From Gammaproteobacteria bacterium (GTDB lineage Bacteria > Pseudomonadota > Gammaproteobacteria > Ga0077536): a stretch of 64,000 bases of DNA. Below are positions 40,587 to 49,716 of this stretch, piece by piece. The notes under the pieces were generated by a model. The model ran no database searches and was not told the origin of the DNA. It was given only the letters and a program-made list of their open reading frames with translations. Every line of letters starts with the position of its first letter. Positions within the stretch are counted from its first letter, which is position 1. Position numbers and translations under genes: made by a program. The DNA is taken from the NCBI GenBank assembly GCA_021773835.1, contig JAJFJQ010000060.1, positions 8,540-72,539 of the forward strand, given 5' to 3'.

Positions 40587-41810
40587 GTGAATCCAATTGA
40601 ACAGCAGCTGTCGGACTTCGCCGACAACCGGATCGATTTCGAAGGCCTAGGCGCCGCTGTGCGTTCTATCGCTGCGAAGGACGCCGCGGCGTCGTCTCGA
40701 CTTATGCACTACCTCTCGGAGGCACACGAGGAAGGCCTGGTCAACGCCGACCAGTGCCACAGTTTGCTATTGCAGGTAGTCGAGTCGGGAACCATGGAGG
40801 TCACCGACTCGACCGATGACGAGCAAACGCAAACGTTTGTGATGAGTCAAGATGATTCGGAAAAAACAGTTGGCGTTGGCAGCATCATCAAAGGCCGCTT
40901 CATTCTCGAAGAAAAACTCGGCGAAGGAGGAATGGGTGTCGTCTATCGAGCGCGAGATAAGGTTCGTGTCGAAGCCAAAGACCGTCATCCCCACGTTGCG
41001 ATTAAAGTTTTGAACGAGGATTTCAAACAGCATCCCGAATCGTTCATTGCACTACAACGCGAATGCAGAAAGGCGCAAAAGCTTGCCCATCCGAATATTG
41101 CCACCGTTTACGATTTCGATCGAACCGGGCGAATGGCCTATATGACGATGGAATTACTCGAGGGGCTGCCGCTAAATGCATTTTTGAAACAGCAAGTGCC
41201 GGAAGGTGGTCTATCATTCAAATCTGCTTGGCCAATCATTAAAGACTTAGGCGACGCACTGGCATATGCTCACAAAAATAACCTCGTGCACTCGGACTTT
41301 AAACCGGCTAATGCATTTATTTGCGACAACGGAACAGTCAAGGTCATCGACTTCGGCATAGCTCGCGCTGTGCGTAATCCTGAACAAGCCGATCAAACGA
41401 TGTTTGACGCAAGCACCCTGGGCGCTTTCACACCCGCATATGCGAGTCCAGAGATGCTCGAAGGCGAAGATCCCGATCCTCGCGATGATCTATTCGCCCT
41501 CGCGGTCGTCACCTACATGTTGCTTTCCGGCGAGCATCCGTTCAACCGTAATTCCGCTACCGTAGCGAAAGCGGCTCAAATGCGACCAGATCCGATACAG
41601 TCGCTAACGAAATTACAAAACCTTGCGCTATCGAACGCGCTGGATCTCGAACAAGAAAGCCGGACAGCTGACATCCCGACGTTTTTGTCAGCAATTTCCG
41701 ACGAGGATATGCTGCTACGCAAAGTCGAAGCACAAGCGCTGACAATAAAAATTCTGGCCGGGGGTCTTGCTATCTCACTTGGCGCGATCGGTTTTCTGTT
41801 AGCGCAGTAG
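40587..41810 (+). CDS. Hanks-type serine/threonine protein kinase with C-terminal membrane anchor
   Basis: LGEGGMGVVY, VAIKVL, HSDFKPAN, DFG, TPAYASPE; hydrophobic C-terminus. Confidence 0.93.
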   Translation: MNPIEQQLSDFADNRIDFEGLGAAVRSIAAKDAAASSRLMHYLSEAHEEGLVNADQCHSLLLQVVESGTMEVTDSTDDEQTQTFVMSQDDSEKTVGVGSIIKGRFILEEKLGEGGMGVVYRARDKVRVEAKDRHPHVAIKVLNEDFKQHPESFIALQRECRKAQKLAHPNIATVYDFDRTGRMAYMTMELLEGLPLNAFLKQQVPEGGLSFKSAWPIIKDLGDALAYAHKNNLVHSDFKPANAFICDNGTVKVIDFGIARAVRNPEQADQTMFDASTLGAFTPAYASPEMLEGEDPDPRDDLFALAVVTYMLLSGEHPFNRNSATVAKAAQMRPDPIQSLTKLQNLALSNALDLEQESRTADIPTFLSAISDEDMLLRKVEAQALTIKILAGGLAISLGAIGFLLAQ

Positions 41811-41863
41811 CAGGTGCCAAAACCCGTTGTTTACAGCCCCGGTTATGGGAAAACAATTTGGCG

Positions 41864-42970
41864 CTAATGATTCTTCGGGGTTAATCTGAGCAGCCGCCCA
41901 CGTCTGCCGTCTTCGAGCAACCAGATTGAGCCGTCCGGTCCTTGTTCGACTTCGCGGATCCGTTCACCCAGCGCAAATCGTTCGGCTTCTCGCGCCGTCT
42001 CTCCGTCGAATTCGACACGTATGAGTGACTCCGATTCCAAACCGCCGATGAAGCCATCGCCATCCCAATCAGAGAAGAGCTTGCCCGAATAGATCACAAA
42101 CCCAGCAGGTGCAATTGTTGGTATCCAAACGGCTTTTGGCGCCGTAAATTCCGGACGTGTCGCATGGTCGGGGATCTCGACGCCACTGTAGTGGTCGCCA
42201 TCAGACACGATCGGATAACCGTAGTTTTCACCCCGGATGACCAGGTTTAGCTCATCACCATGGCGTGCGCCCATCTCGTGGTTCCACAGCCGGCCATCCC
42301 CATCGAATGCAAGTCCCAGCAAATTTCGGTGACCGAGGGTCCAGACCTCCGCGGCAACACCACCGTGCGCGACAAACGGGTTGTCACTCGGAACCGATCC
42401 GTCGGCCTTGAGGCGCACGATCTTGCCGAGATTGGTCTGCATGTCTTGGGCCGGATCGAACTTTTGACGCTCGCCTGAGGTAATAAACAAATACCCGTCT
42501 GGCGAAAACGCAATGCGGTGTCCGTAATGGCCACGGCCGGTTACTTTTGGTACCTGCCGCCATATCACTTCGAAGTTCTTGAGGTGTGCACCGGCGGGAT
42601 CTAACTCAAGCATTCCTCGGGCCACGGCGGCGCCCCGCAATCCGCGCTCATCAGCCTCCGCGAAACTCAAGTACAGTAGTTTGTTTTCAACGAAATCCGG
42701 ATGCAAAACTACGTCACCTAGTCCGCCCTGCCCACCATAGGCAAGGTTTGGCACATCTTCGAATACAACGGTGCTGTTGCCATCGGCGGTCAGCAACAAT
42801 AGGCGGCCGGCCTTTTCAGTTACCAGCAAACGTCCGTCCGGCAGGAATGTCATCGCCCAGGGCTGTTTGAACGTCGTCACTGGTGTTGCATTGAACGGCC
42901 ACGCATCTGGGTCGGCCGCCACGCATGCTGTTAGGATCACGCCGAGCAGGAGCAGCACGGCACGTTGCAT
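41864..42970 (-). CDS. PQQ-dependent aldose sugar dehydrogenase (YliI-like), probable lipoprotein
   Basis: [38 protein letters not shown]; lipobox LTAC. Confidence 0.9.
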   Translation of the reverse strand: MQRAVLLLLGVILTACVAADPDAWPFNATPVTTFKQPWAMTFLPDGRLLVTEKAGRLLLLTADGNSTVVFEDVPNLAYGGQGGLGDVVLHPDFVENKLLYLSFAEADERGLRGAAVARGMLELDPAGAHLKNFEVIWRQVPKVTGRGHYGHRIAFSPDGYLFITSGERQKFDPAQDMQTNLGKIVRLKADGSVPSDNPFVAHGGVAAEVWTLGHRNLLGLAFDGDGRLWNHEMGARHGDELNLVIRGENYGYPIVSDGDHYSGVEIPDHATRPEFTAPKAVWIPTIAPAGFVIYSGKLFSDWDGDGFIGGLESESLIRVEFDGETAREAERFALGERIREVEQGPDGSIWLLEDGRRGRLLRLTPKNH

Positions 42971-43026
42971 TACAAAATTGGTATTCACTCGTGACAAGGT
43001 CTAAGTATTGAGCGCCAGCATTAATC

Positions 43027-44727
43027 CTATCTCGAAGCGCTCTGGTGCGCGTCCACTCCAGTGTGCCGCTTCGAATTAGCGTCGGTCGTTCCTTCCTCCT
43101 TGAAAGCAAACCCGGCGTACCCCTGCGCTACAACATCGGCGCAGATGCCCCGGTACTTTGGCGCACCGCCGACATAAACCATACAACACCGAGGCTTACC
43201 CGGGATGTTCGTGCCCATGTAGTACGATTCCGCTGCGGGCACAATGGTCTTGTCCGCTTCTTCCTTCGTGTGGACGACCCACTTGCGTTCCGCATCGAGT
43301 TCGGGGTCACACGTTTCAAGCCCATGCTCACGCATGTAGGCAATCAGATCCGTGGCAAAATCAACGTGATCTTCGATTGCACTCGGCATGTTGTACCAAA
43401 CCGAAGGGCTTTGCGGACCCGTGATAATGAACAGGTTAGGAAACCCGTGGGAGGCGAAGCCCAAATAAGTTTGCGGGCCTGCTCGCCACTTATCCTGGAT
43501 CGTTTGACCGCCTCGACCACGCACATCGATGTTCATGAGCGGCCCGCTCATGGCGTCGAAACCGATGGCCATAATAATGGCGTCGACCTCGAACTCGCGA
43601 TCTTGCGTTCTCAACCCGTTCGCGGTCGCTTCTATAATCGGTGTCTTCTTAGCGTCGATAAGCTCGACATTGTCGCGGTTAAAAGTTTCATAGTAATTCG
43701 TCTCACACGGCACGCGTTTCGCGCCGTATGGATGAGACGTCGGAGTCAATATGTCTGCAACCTTCGGATCATTGACCCGTTCCCGGATCTTACGGCGAAC
43801 GAACTCCGAGACAAACTTGTTCGCTTCCAGGTCCGTCAGCACATCCAGATAACTACCGTACGGAAGACGAAAGCTGCCGCCCGCGTAACGCTCTTCGAAA
43901 ACCTGTTCTCGGTCCTCCTCGGAATCAGCGAATACAGACGGGCGGATCTCGAACTCCAGCTCGTAGGGAATGCCGGCATAGGTTTCGCGCGAATATCGCC
44001 GCAGTTCTGGGTACTTCGCTTTGATGGCCGCAGATTCCTCCGGGTCGATCGGGCGATTCTGCAATGGCGTTGCGTAGTTCGCCGTTCGCTGAAAGACAGT
44101 CAGACGCGCAGCCTGCTCCGCAATCAGCGGGATCGCTTGAATGGCGCTTGCGCCCGTACCCACAATCGCGACCCGTTTGTCGGTGAAATCGACCGGCTCA
44201 TGGGGCCACCGGCTAGTCGAATACACCTCGCCCGTAAAATCCGAAAGGCCTGGGAAGTTCGGCTCTTGGGGCAACGACAGGTTGCCGAGTCCGGAGATCA
44301 GAAACTGTGCTTCCACACATTTACCGTCACTCGTCTCAATCTTCCAGCGTCTGATGTCCTCGTCAAAAATAGCAGCGTTCACACGCGTATTGCACTGGAT
44401 ATCCCGTCGCAGGTCGAAGCGATCAGCGACATGGTTAAGGTAGCGTAGTATCTCTGGCTGATCTGAGAATTGTTCCTTCCACGTCCACTCTCGCTGCAGA
44501 TCCTCGTCAAATGAATAGGAATACCAATAGCTCTCGATATCGCAACGCGCCCCCGGATAACGGTTCCAGTACCAAGTGCCGCCGACGTCTTCGGCCGCAT
44601 CAAATGCCCGGACCTTGAGGCCCAGGTCGTCGCGCAGACGATGAAGCGTGTAGAGACCCGAAAAGCCTGCGCCGATGATGACGGCGTCAAAGTTTTCGTG
44701 CGCCGTATTGCTAGCTGTCGCACCCAT
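43027..44727 (-). CDS. type I Baeyer-Villiger monooxygenase
   Basis: GAGFSG, GGTWYWNRYPGARCD, GTGASAIQ, FQRT, AKRV. Confidence 0.93.
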   Translation of the reverse strand: MGATASNTAHENFDAVIIGAGFSGLYTLHRLRDDLGLKVRAFDAAEDVGGTWYWNRYPGARCDIESYWYSYSFDEDLQREWTWKEQFSDQPEILRYLNHVADRFDLRRDIQCNTRVNAAIFDEDIRRWKIETSDGKCVEAQFLISGLGNLSLPQEPNFPGLSDFTGEVYSTSRWPHEPVDFTDKRVAIVGTGASAIQAIPLIAEQAARLTVFQRTANYATPLQNRPIDPEESAAIKAKYPELRRYSRETYAGIPYELEFEIRPSVFADSEEDREQVFEERYAGGSFRLPYGSYLDVLTDLEANKFVSEFVRRKIRERVNDPKVADILTPTSHPYGAKRVPCETNYYETFNRDNVELIDAKKTPIIEATANGLRTQDREFEVDAIIMAIGFDAMSGPLMNIDVRGRGGQTIQDKWRAGPQTYLGFASHGFPNLFIITGPQSPSVWYNMPSAIEDHVDFATDLIAYMREHGLETCDPELDAERKWVVHTKEEADKTIVPAAESYYMGTNIPGKPRCCMVYVGGAPKYRGICADVVAQGYAGFAFKEEGTTDANSKRHTGVDAHQSASR

Positions 44728-45184
44728 CCTTTTCACTCCTGATCTACTTCATGTGCTATGAGATGCTCATTGCCATTCTTTCTTAGGTTCTCACAGATCT
44801 CATCAACAATATTGACAGCTTACGCCGAGCGACGGCTGGGTGGAAATCCGCTGCAACAGGGCCCGGGCATTATTGGTGACAGCGCAACGTCAAGCGGACC
44901 GCCTTCGCGTTCAATGCCGCTAAGTCCGATGGAATGCTAGTAAAAACGGACTATGTGCTAGGCCGCAAAATGCAGTGTCGATGACGCGCCGAAAGTCGCG
45001 CGAACGACAGTTTCCAGGCTCCTTCAAGTTACAAACCAACGAAGGTACCCAGGCGGGCTGGTGGTGCCCCAACTGGAGTCCATTGACGGGCGCTAGTGTG
45101 CGCGCGACCATGCAGTCATGAGTACCTCGATTGCGTAATTCGCCACAGCCACGAAATAATTCGAACCCAACGGACGATTACACC

Positions 45185-46357
45185 ATGCCAAAAATCACTC
45201 GAGAAGACCTGCTCGTACGCGCAAAGGAGATGATCCCAACCTTACGCGAGCGTGCGGAAGAAACGGAAGCACTACGGCGCATCCCAGACCAAACCATCCG
45301 TGACCTCGTCGATGGCGGCTTTATACGCGCGACGCTACCGGCTCGTTATGGCGGCGCCGAGCTCGACTATCGCAGCATTATGGAGATCATCGGTATGATC
45401 TCGCGCGGCTGCGCCTCGACCGGATGGGTTTTGTGCAACTTGATGAGTTGCACCTTTAAGCTCGCCTTTTGGCCGGCTCAGGCACAGGACGAAATCTGGG
45501 GCGAATCGGTCGACACTTTATTCACCGGCAACCTGATTTTCCCCGCAGGGCGGGCGCAACGTGTGGACGGCGGCTATGTATTGCGCGGCCGCTGGCCTTT
45601 CGGCAGTGGCATCGAGCATGCCGCCTGGAACTTTTTCGCCGGCATGGTCGCGGACAGCGAAGCACCCGAGTTTCGCATCTTCCTATTGCCGAAATCGGAC
45701 TTTACGATACTTGATACCTGGCGCGCCTCCGGCCTGCGCGGCACTGGCAGCCAAGACGCGGAGGTAGAAGACGTTTTCGTGCCCGAGTACCGCACGCTCA
45801 ACGCTGCAGATACGCGCGAGGGCAATAGCCCTGGTAGTCAAGTCAACCCGGCACCGGTTTATCGCCTGCCGCTATTCGCGATGTTCTTTACATGGGTCGG
45901 TGCGGTGGAACTCGGGATCGCCGAAGCCGCTGTCGAAGACTATATCGACGCAGCGCGCATACGGGCTGCGAGCTACAGTGGGCAAAAGCTGTCAGAACTA
46001 ACAACAGTTCAGGTCAAGATCGCCGAAGCGCGTGCTTTGGTGAGCGCGGCGCGACGATTTTACTTGGACAACTGCGACCACGCGATGGCGATCGCGCGTG
46101 ATGGTGGACTGCCTTCGATGGAGGAGCGCGCACGCTATCGAGCTGAAGGTGCCTTAGGAGCGCAGTTCTGCTGCAAAGCCGTTGACCTCCTAGCTGCGGC
46201 GAGCGGTGGTGGCGGGATCTATGACCGTAATCCTCTGTCGCGCGCCTTTCGCGACATCCACGCCGGGCGTGCCCACATCACGCAAACTTGGGAACCCAAC
46301 GCCACTACCTACGGCCGAGTCGCGCTCGGTCTCGAAAGCGACAATCCGTTGCTTTAA
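45185..46357 (+). CDS. flavin-dependent hydroxylase, acyl-CoA dehydrogenase fold (HsaA/HpaH-C2-like)
   Basis: RGCASTGW, GRWPFGSG, DTWRASGLRGTGS, RAFRDIHAGRAH. Confidence 0.9.
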   Translation: MPKITREDLLVRAKEMIPTLRERAEETEALRRIPDQTIRDLVDGGFIRATLPARYGGAELDYRSIMEIIGMISRGCASTGWVLCNLMSCTFKLAFWPAQAQDEIWGESVDTLFTGNLIFPAGRAQRVDGGYVLRGRWPFGSGIEHAAWNFFAGMVADSEAPEFRIFLLPKSDFTILDTWRASGLRGTGSQDAEVEDVFVPEYRTLNAADTREGNSPGSQVNPAPVYRLPLFAMFFTWVGAVELGIAEAAVEDYIDAARIRAASYSGQKLSELTTVQVKIAEARALVSAARRFYLDNCDHAMAIARDGGLPSMEERARYRAEGALGAQFCCKAVDLLAAASGGGGIYDRNPLSRAFRDIHAGRAHITQTWEPNATTYGRVALGLESDNPLL

Positions 46358-46484
46358 GACTCACGTCGCTGAATTCTTGCGGACGATCGTCTCACCCTCG
46401 ACGGGGATCTGGGTTCAGACCAACTAGCAAGGGTCGAGCGTTCCAAATAACGTAGCCCGCGGTTAGAAGACGGTACTCGTTTCC

Positions 46485-47267
46485 CTAGAGTAAGCCCGTA
46501 ACGAAGCAAAGCGCGGTAAGCAACAACCCGATACCGATGAGATGTCGCCAGATACGCGGCCACGGCAACAATTTTTCGATTGTAACGAGCACTGCAACCG
46601 CTGCTACCCAGCGCAGATCCATCACCGCAACGGCGAACAGTAGGCCCATCAGCGCCGCGCAACAGCCGACACAAAATAGCCCGTGACGCAGACCCATGAC
46701 CACAGCGCCTAGGGTACCGTCACGCCATTCGGTCAGCACGAAACCCATCGGCGTGCGGCAGCGGTTCAAGCAAACATCTTTCAAGGGCGTCCATTGATAC
46801 AGGCCGGCTGCAGCGAACAGCACTGCAGAGAGCATTGGAGAAGCGGATTCCATCATTGGTGTCAGCCAGCCAAGGGATTCAAATACCCAGTGCAAGGCCG
46901 TGGCCGCGACGCTGAATAGTGACCAGGCCACGAGATACCCAAAGAGAAATACCGAGGTTCCCACATGCGCATCCCCGGCATCGCGTCGACGCCGATTGAT
47001 GGTTGCGAAAGCCGTGATCATAGGACTTGCGGCGGGCACCATCATTGCGATCATCATCACGACCCACATCAAGTAGACCATGCCAAAGTCTGCAATGCGC
47101 CACGGTGATGTCGATTGCATGCCGGTCATCGCGCCCATGTCCGCCATGCTGCTCGCCTGCCAGGCCATGAACATCCAGGCGAGGACGCAAACTGTACTGA
47201 GACCTAGCCCAATGACGAACCGATCCAGTGGGCTCAAACCGACACGAGCGTCGAGCGGGAAGTTCAT
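46485..47267 (-). CDS. DUF2182 predicted metal-binding integral membrane protein
   Basis: MWVVMMIAMMVP, AGLYQWTPLKDVCLNRCRTP, GLFCVGCCAALM, EKL. Confidence 0.88.
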   Translation of the reverse strand: MNFPLDARVGLSPLDRFVIGLGLSTVCVLAWMFMAWQASSMADMGAMTGMQSTSPWRIADFGMVYLMWVVMMIAMMVPAASPMITAFATINRRRRDAGDAHVGTSVFLFGYLVAWSLFSVAATALHWVFESLGWLTPMMESASPMLSAVLFAAAGLYQWTPLKDVCLNRCRTPMGFVLTEWRDGTLGAVVMGLRHGLFCVGCCAALMGLLFAVAVMDLRWVAAVAVLVTIEKLLPWPRIWRHLIGIGLLLTALCFVTGLL

Positions 47268-47287
47268 CGTATCCGCCCAATAAAAAG

Positions 47288-47971
47288 TTAATTGAGCGGC
47301 TTACGCCAAGTGAAGGCTTCCGGTCCGCGTGTGTCGAAGGGGATCCACTTAGCCGAGCGATCAGTCCAATCCCAATTGCGACCGAAGGCACCGGTCACGA
47401 CATTGCGTAATGCACGCCCAAGCGTAATAAAGCCAGGGGTCATTTCTGGGCGCGGCGCGTTGTAGATCCGGCACGTATCGTCCTCCGGCACCATGTACAT
47501 CCGGTGCGGCCCACCGAGACCTTCGACCAAGCCCGGCACCTCGACTTTCCATTGTTCTGCGTTGTGGGAGATGTGCATCGGAACGAATTCAACCCCGTCA
47601 ACCTTGATGGTCAGATCCGCCCACGCCTTAAACGCACCACCAGCCTTGCCCGTGAAAATGATCTCAAGCGCTTCACGTTGCGCCGGGTTGGCACGCTCGT
47701 CGATTAGAAAACCGAACTCACGGTTTTTCTTGAACACACTGCCTTCGTAATGGGCGATTAAGATCACCCCCAATTCGCCGTCTAGTGAGACGTCACCGTA
47801 GTGCCCTTCTCGGATCAACCAGGTCAGTACACCCTCGCAGTAGCCAAGCGTCGGTTCAGAGCCAAACACGCATGGGCAGCCGATCGCACAATTGCAGAGG
47901 TCCCACCAATCACCCTTCATACGCCATTGGGTAGCCTCGGACTTGTCGGTGTTTGCGGTTTCGGTCGCCAT
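47288..47971 (-). CDS. DUF1326 domain protein (Cys-rich)
   Basis: WRMKGDWWDLCNCAIGCPC...PTLGYCEG, IDERANPAQREALEIIFTGKAGG; AAGGAG RBS before ATG 47971. Confidence 0.88.
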   Translation of the reverse strand: MATETANTDKSEATQWRMKGDWWDLCNCAIGCPCVFGSEPTLGYCEGVLTWLIREGHYGDVSLDGELGVILIAHYEGSVFKKNREFGFLIDERANPAQREALEIIFTGKAGGAFKAWADLTIKVDGVEFVPMHISHNAEQWKVEVPGLVEGLGGPHRMYMVPEDDTCRIYNAPRPEMTPGFITLGRALRNVVTGAFGRNWDWTDRSAKWIPFDTRGPEAFTWRKPLN

Positions 47972-48020
47972 TAAGGTCTCCTTGGGAATATGCGGGGCCG
48001 GAAACGGCCGCTCGTTACAG

Positions 48021-49019
48021 TCACCCGCTGATACCAAGTTCGACTCGGTAAGATGCTGCGCCCTGCTTCGCCACCGCGACAAGATCTTTATCGTCCGCTA
48101 GTTCTGCGCAATACACCTCTATCGCCGTCTCTACCAAGGGCACCCATTTCTGTACATGTCGAGCGATCGCTTGCGCGTTTTCTTCGCTTTCCCCGGTGCA
48201 AAACTCAACGAAGGCTCGCGTCCACCGCCTAGAGCGTTCCGTGTCCAACCACTGCGCATCGTTCATCAACGCCAGTAGTTCATCATCATTGCGCCGCGCG
48301 ACCTGCTCAAGTTGTCGCAGGCAACATTGATCAACCCCAGGCTTAATCACGACATTCATTGCAATCAGCGCTTCGCCCCAATCGAACGTCGTGAGCACCC
48401 GCTCGACGGCCTCGCGAAATCCCTGCCAGGCTGGATCGTCTTCCCAAATACTTCGTTCGTTCTGACCAAACCCTACATCCGGCCAGGCGCGCTTGAGTTC
48501 CGCCGTGCGATATGCCGTGCGCGAAAGCCAGCGCAAAGCATCGCCGCCCTGAAAGCCGAGGCAATTTACGATGGTGCTCGCCGGTGCCATCATCGCGACG
48601 TAACCGGCCCACATTTGCTGGGCGTGGAGGATATATCTGCACGGCGTATAGAATCGTTGAAGCTGTGCAATCCATGACGGATCCAGCCGTTTGTCGTGTT
48701 CGATCCGACTATATTCTGCCAACAGACCGTCGACATAAGACTCCTGGTGATCCTGCGATGCAACGTAACTCCGATACGTGATTCGTTCCGGATCGGTAAA
48801 GCTATCCCATTCGCGATGCTGCAATGAAGCGTCACGCCGATAGCGTCGAAACCACTCGTTCATCGGTATATCTGGATCCAACTCCAGAGCGGCGTCTGGC
48901 TGGCGCGTATTGTAGATGCCGCGCCGAGCAACGATGTCATATTCGCTCGGTCGTTTCTTCTTCTCGTGAAGGTGGCTCCACGTTTTAAGCGGTCGCATTG
49001 TTGGCGGTTTACTCGACAT
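48021..49019 (-). CDS. aromatic/alkene (toluene-type) monooxygenase hydroxylase beta subunit, TmoE-like
   Basis: PLKTWSHL...RPSEYDIV, FTDPERITYRSY, AYRTAEL, WQGFRE, DWGEA. Confidence 0.92.
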   Translation of the reverse strand: MSSKPPTMRPLKTWSHLHEKKKRPSEYDIVARRGIYNTRQPDAALELDPDIPMNEWFRRYRRDASLQHREWDSFTDPERITYRSYVASQDHQESYVDGLLAEYSRIEHDKRLDPSWIAQLQRFYTPCRYILHAQQMWAGYVAMMAPASTIVNCLGFQGGDALRWLSRTAYRTAELKRAWPDVGFGQNERSIWEDDPAWQGFREAVERVLTTFDWGEALIAMNVVIKPGVDQCCLRQLEQVARRNDDELLALMNDAQWLDTERSRRWTRAFVEFCTGESEENAQAIARHVQKWVPLVETAIEVYCAELADDKDLVAVAKQGAASYRVELGISG

Positions 49020-49038
49020 AGCTCGGCCTTAAGATCCG

Positions 49039-49401
49039 TTACGACTGTTTGGTCGGCGTCGGGTTGGAATCGCCGTGCTCTCTGTGCATCTTCGCGGACA
49101 CATCTTCCGAAAGATAAAACCTGAAATATTCGGGCGTCGTCTCAACTCTGCCGGCAAACGACGTCAGCACGACACCTAACTCCTGCATGGAAAACGGCCG
49201 TCCTATGAGGTCCTCTACGGTAGCGCGTTGGATCCAGCATTCGCGCTGTATTTCAATCCTGATATACCCGCCGTTATCTTCGATGTTGATTTCTTTGTCG
49301 GGGTTGTCGATTTCTACCGCCTCGGCAACAACGCTGGCGATGTCACCGCTGCGCAAGACCGGCCCTACTGCATCTCCCATCTGCTCGCTAGCACTCACCA
49401 T
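49039..49401 (-). CDS. monooxygenase effector/coupling protein, TmoD/MmoB-like
   Basis: VGPVLRSGD, DNPDKEI, YIRIE, LIGRPFSMQEL, SFAGRV. Confidence 0.92.
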   Translation of the reverse strand: MVSASEQMGDAVGPVLRSGDIASVVAEAVEIDNPDKEINIEDNGGYIRIEIQRECWIQRATVEDLIGRPFSMQELGVVLTSFAGRVETTPEYFRFYLSEDVSAKMHREHGDSNPTPTKQS

Positions 49402-49443
49402 TGGCCTGGCTTACAGCTATTGTTGAGAATCGCTCGTGCGAGT

Positions 49444-49701
49444 CTATTCGTAGACAATGTCGATGCTCTCATTCACTTCCCAGCCAAGTTCCCCAACCGT
49501 TGCGGTGCGCGACAATAATTCGTCGGTCGCGTGAAGGCGCACCCTGAGAATGCGATCGAATTTCGGCTGGACCCTGATCCCGACGGTTACTTTCGCCGCC
49601 GTTGCGGCCACTTCATCCATCGTTTGCGTAGGGGCAACGTCAAGCACCTGCACGACACCGTCGTCTTCGAACAGAAACATTATAGGCAGTGTCGTGACCA
49701 T
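49444..49701 (-). CDS. monooxygenase hydroxylase gamma subunit, TmoB-like
   Basis: PIMFLFEDD, TMDEVA, VGIRV, IDIVYE; 85 aa. Confidence 0.85.
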   Translation of the reverse strand: MVTTLPIMFLFEDDGVVQVLDVAPTQTMDEVAATAAKVTVGIRVQPKFDRILRVRLHATDELLSRTATVGELGWEVNESIDIVYE

Positions 49702-49716
49702 GAAACGTAACCCGCG

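Noticed and set aside
43045-44448. 467-aa plus-strand ORF
   Set aside because: Antisense shadow of the BVMO gene with no recognisable motifs; expected from codon bias.
47972-48082. Overlap of DUF1326 with the beta-subunit gene implied by the ORF track
   Set aside because: The AAGGAG RBS places the start at 47971, so there is no overlap.
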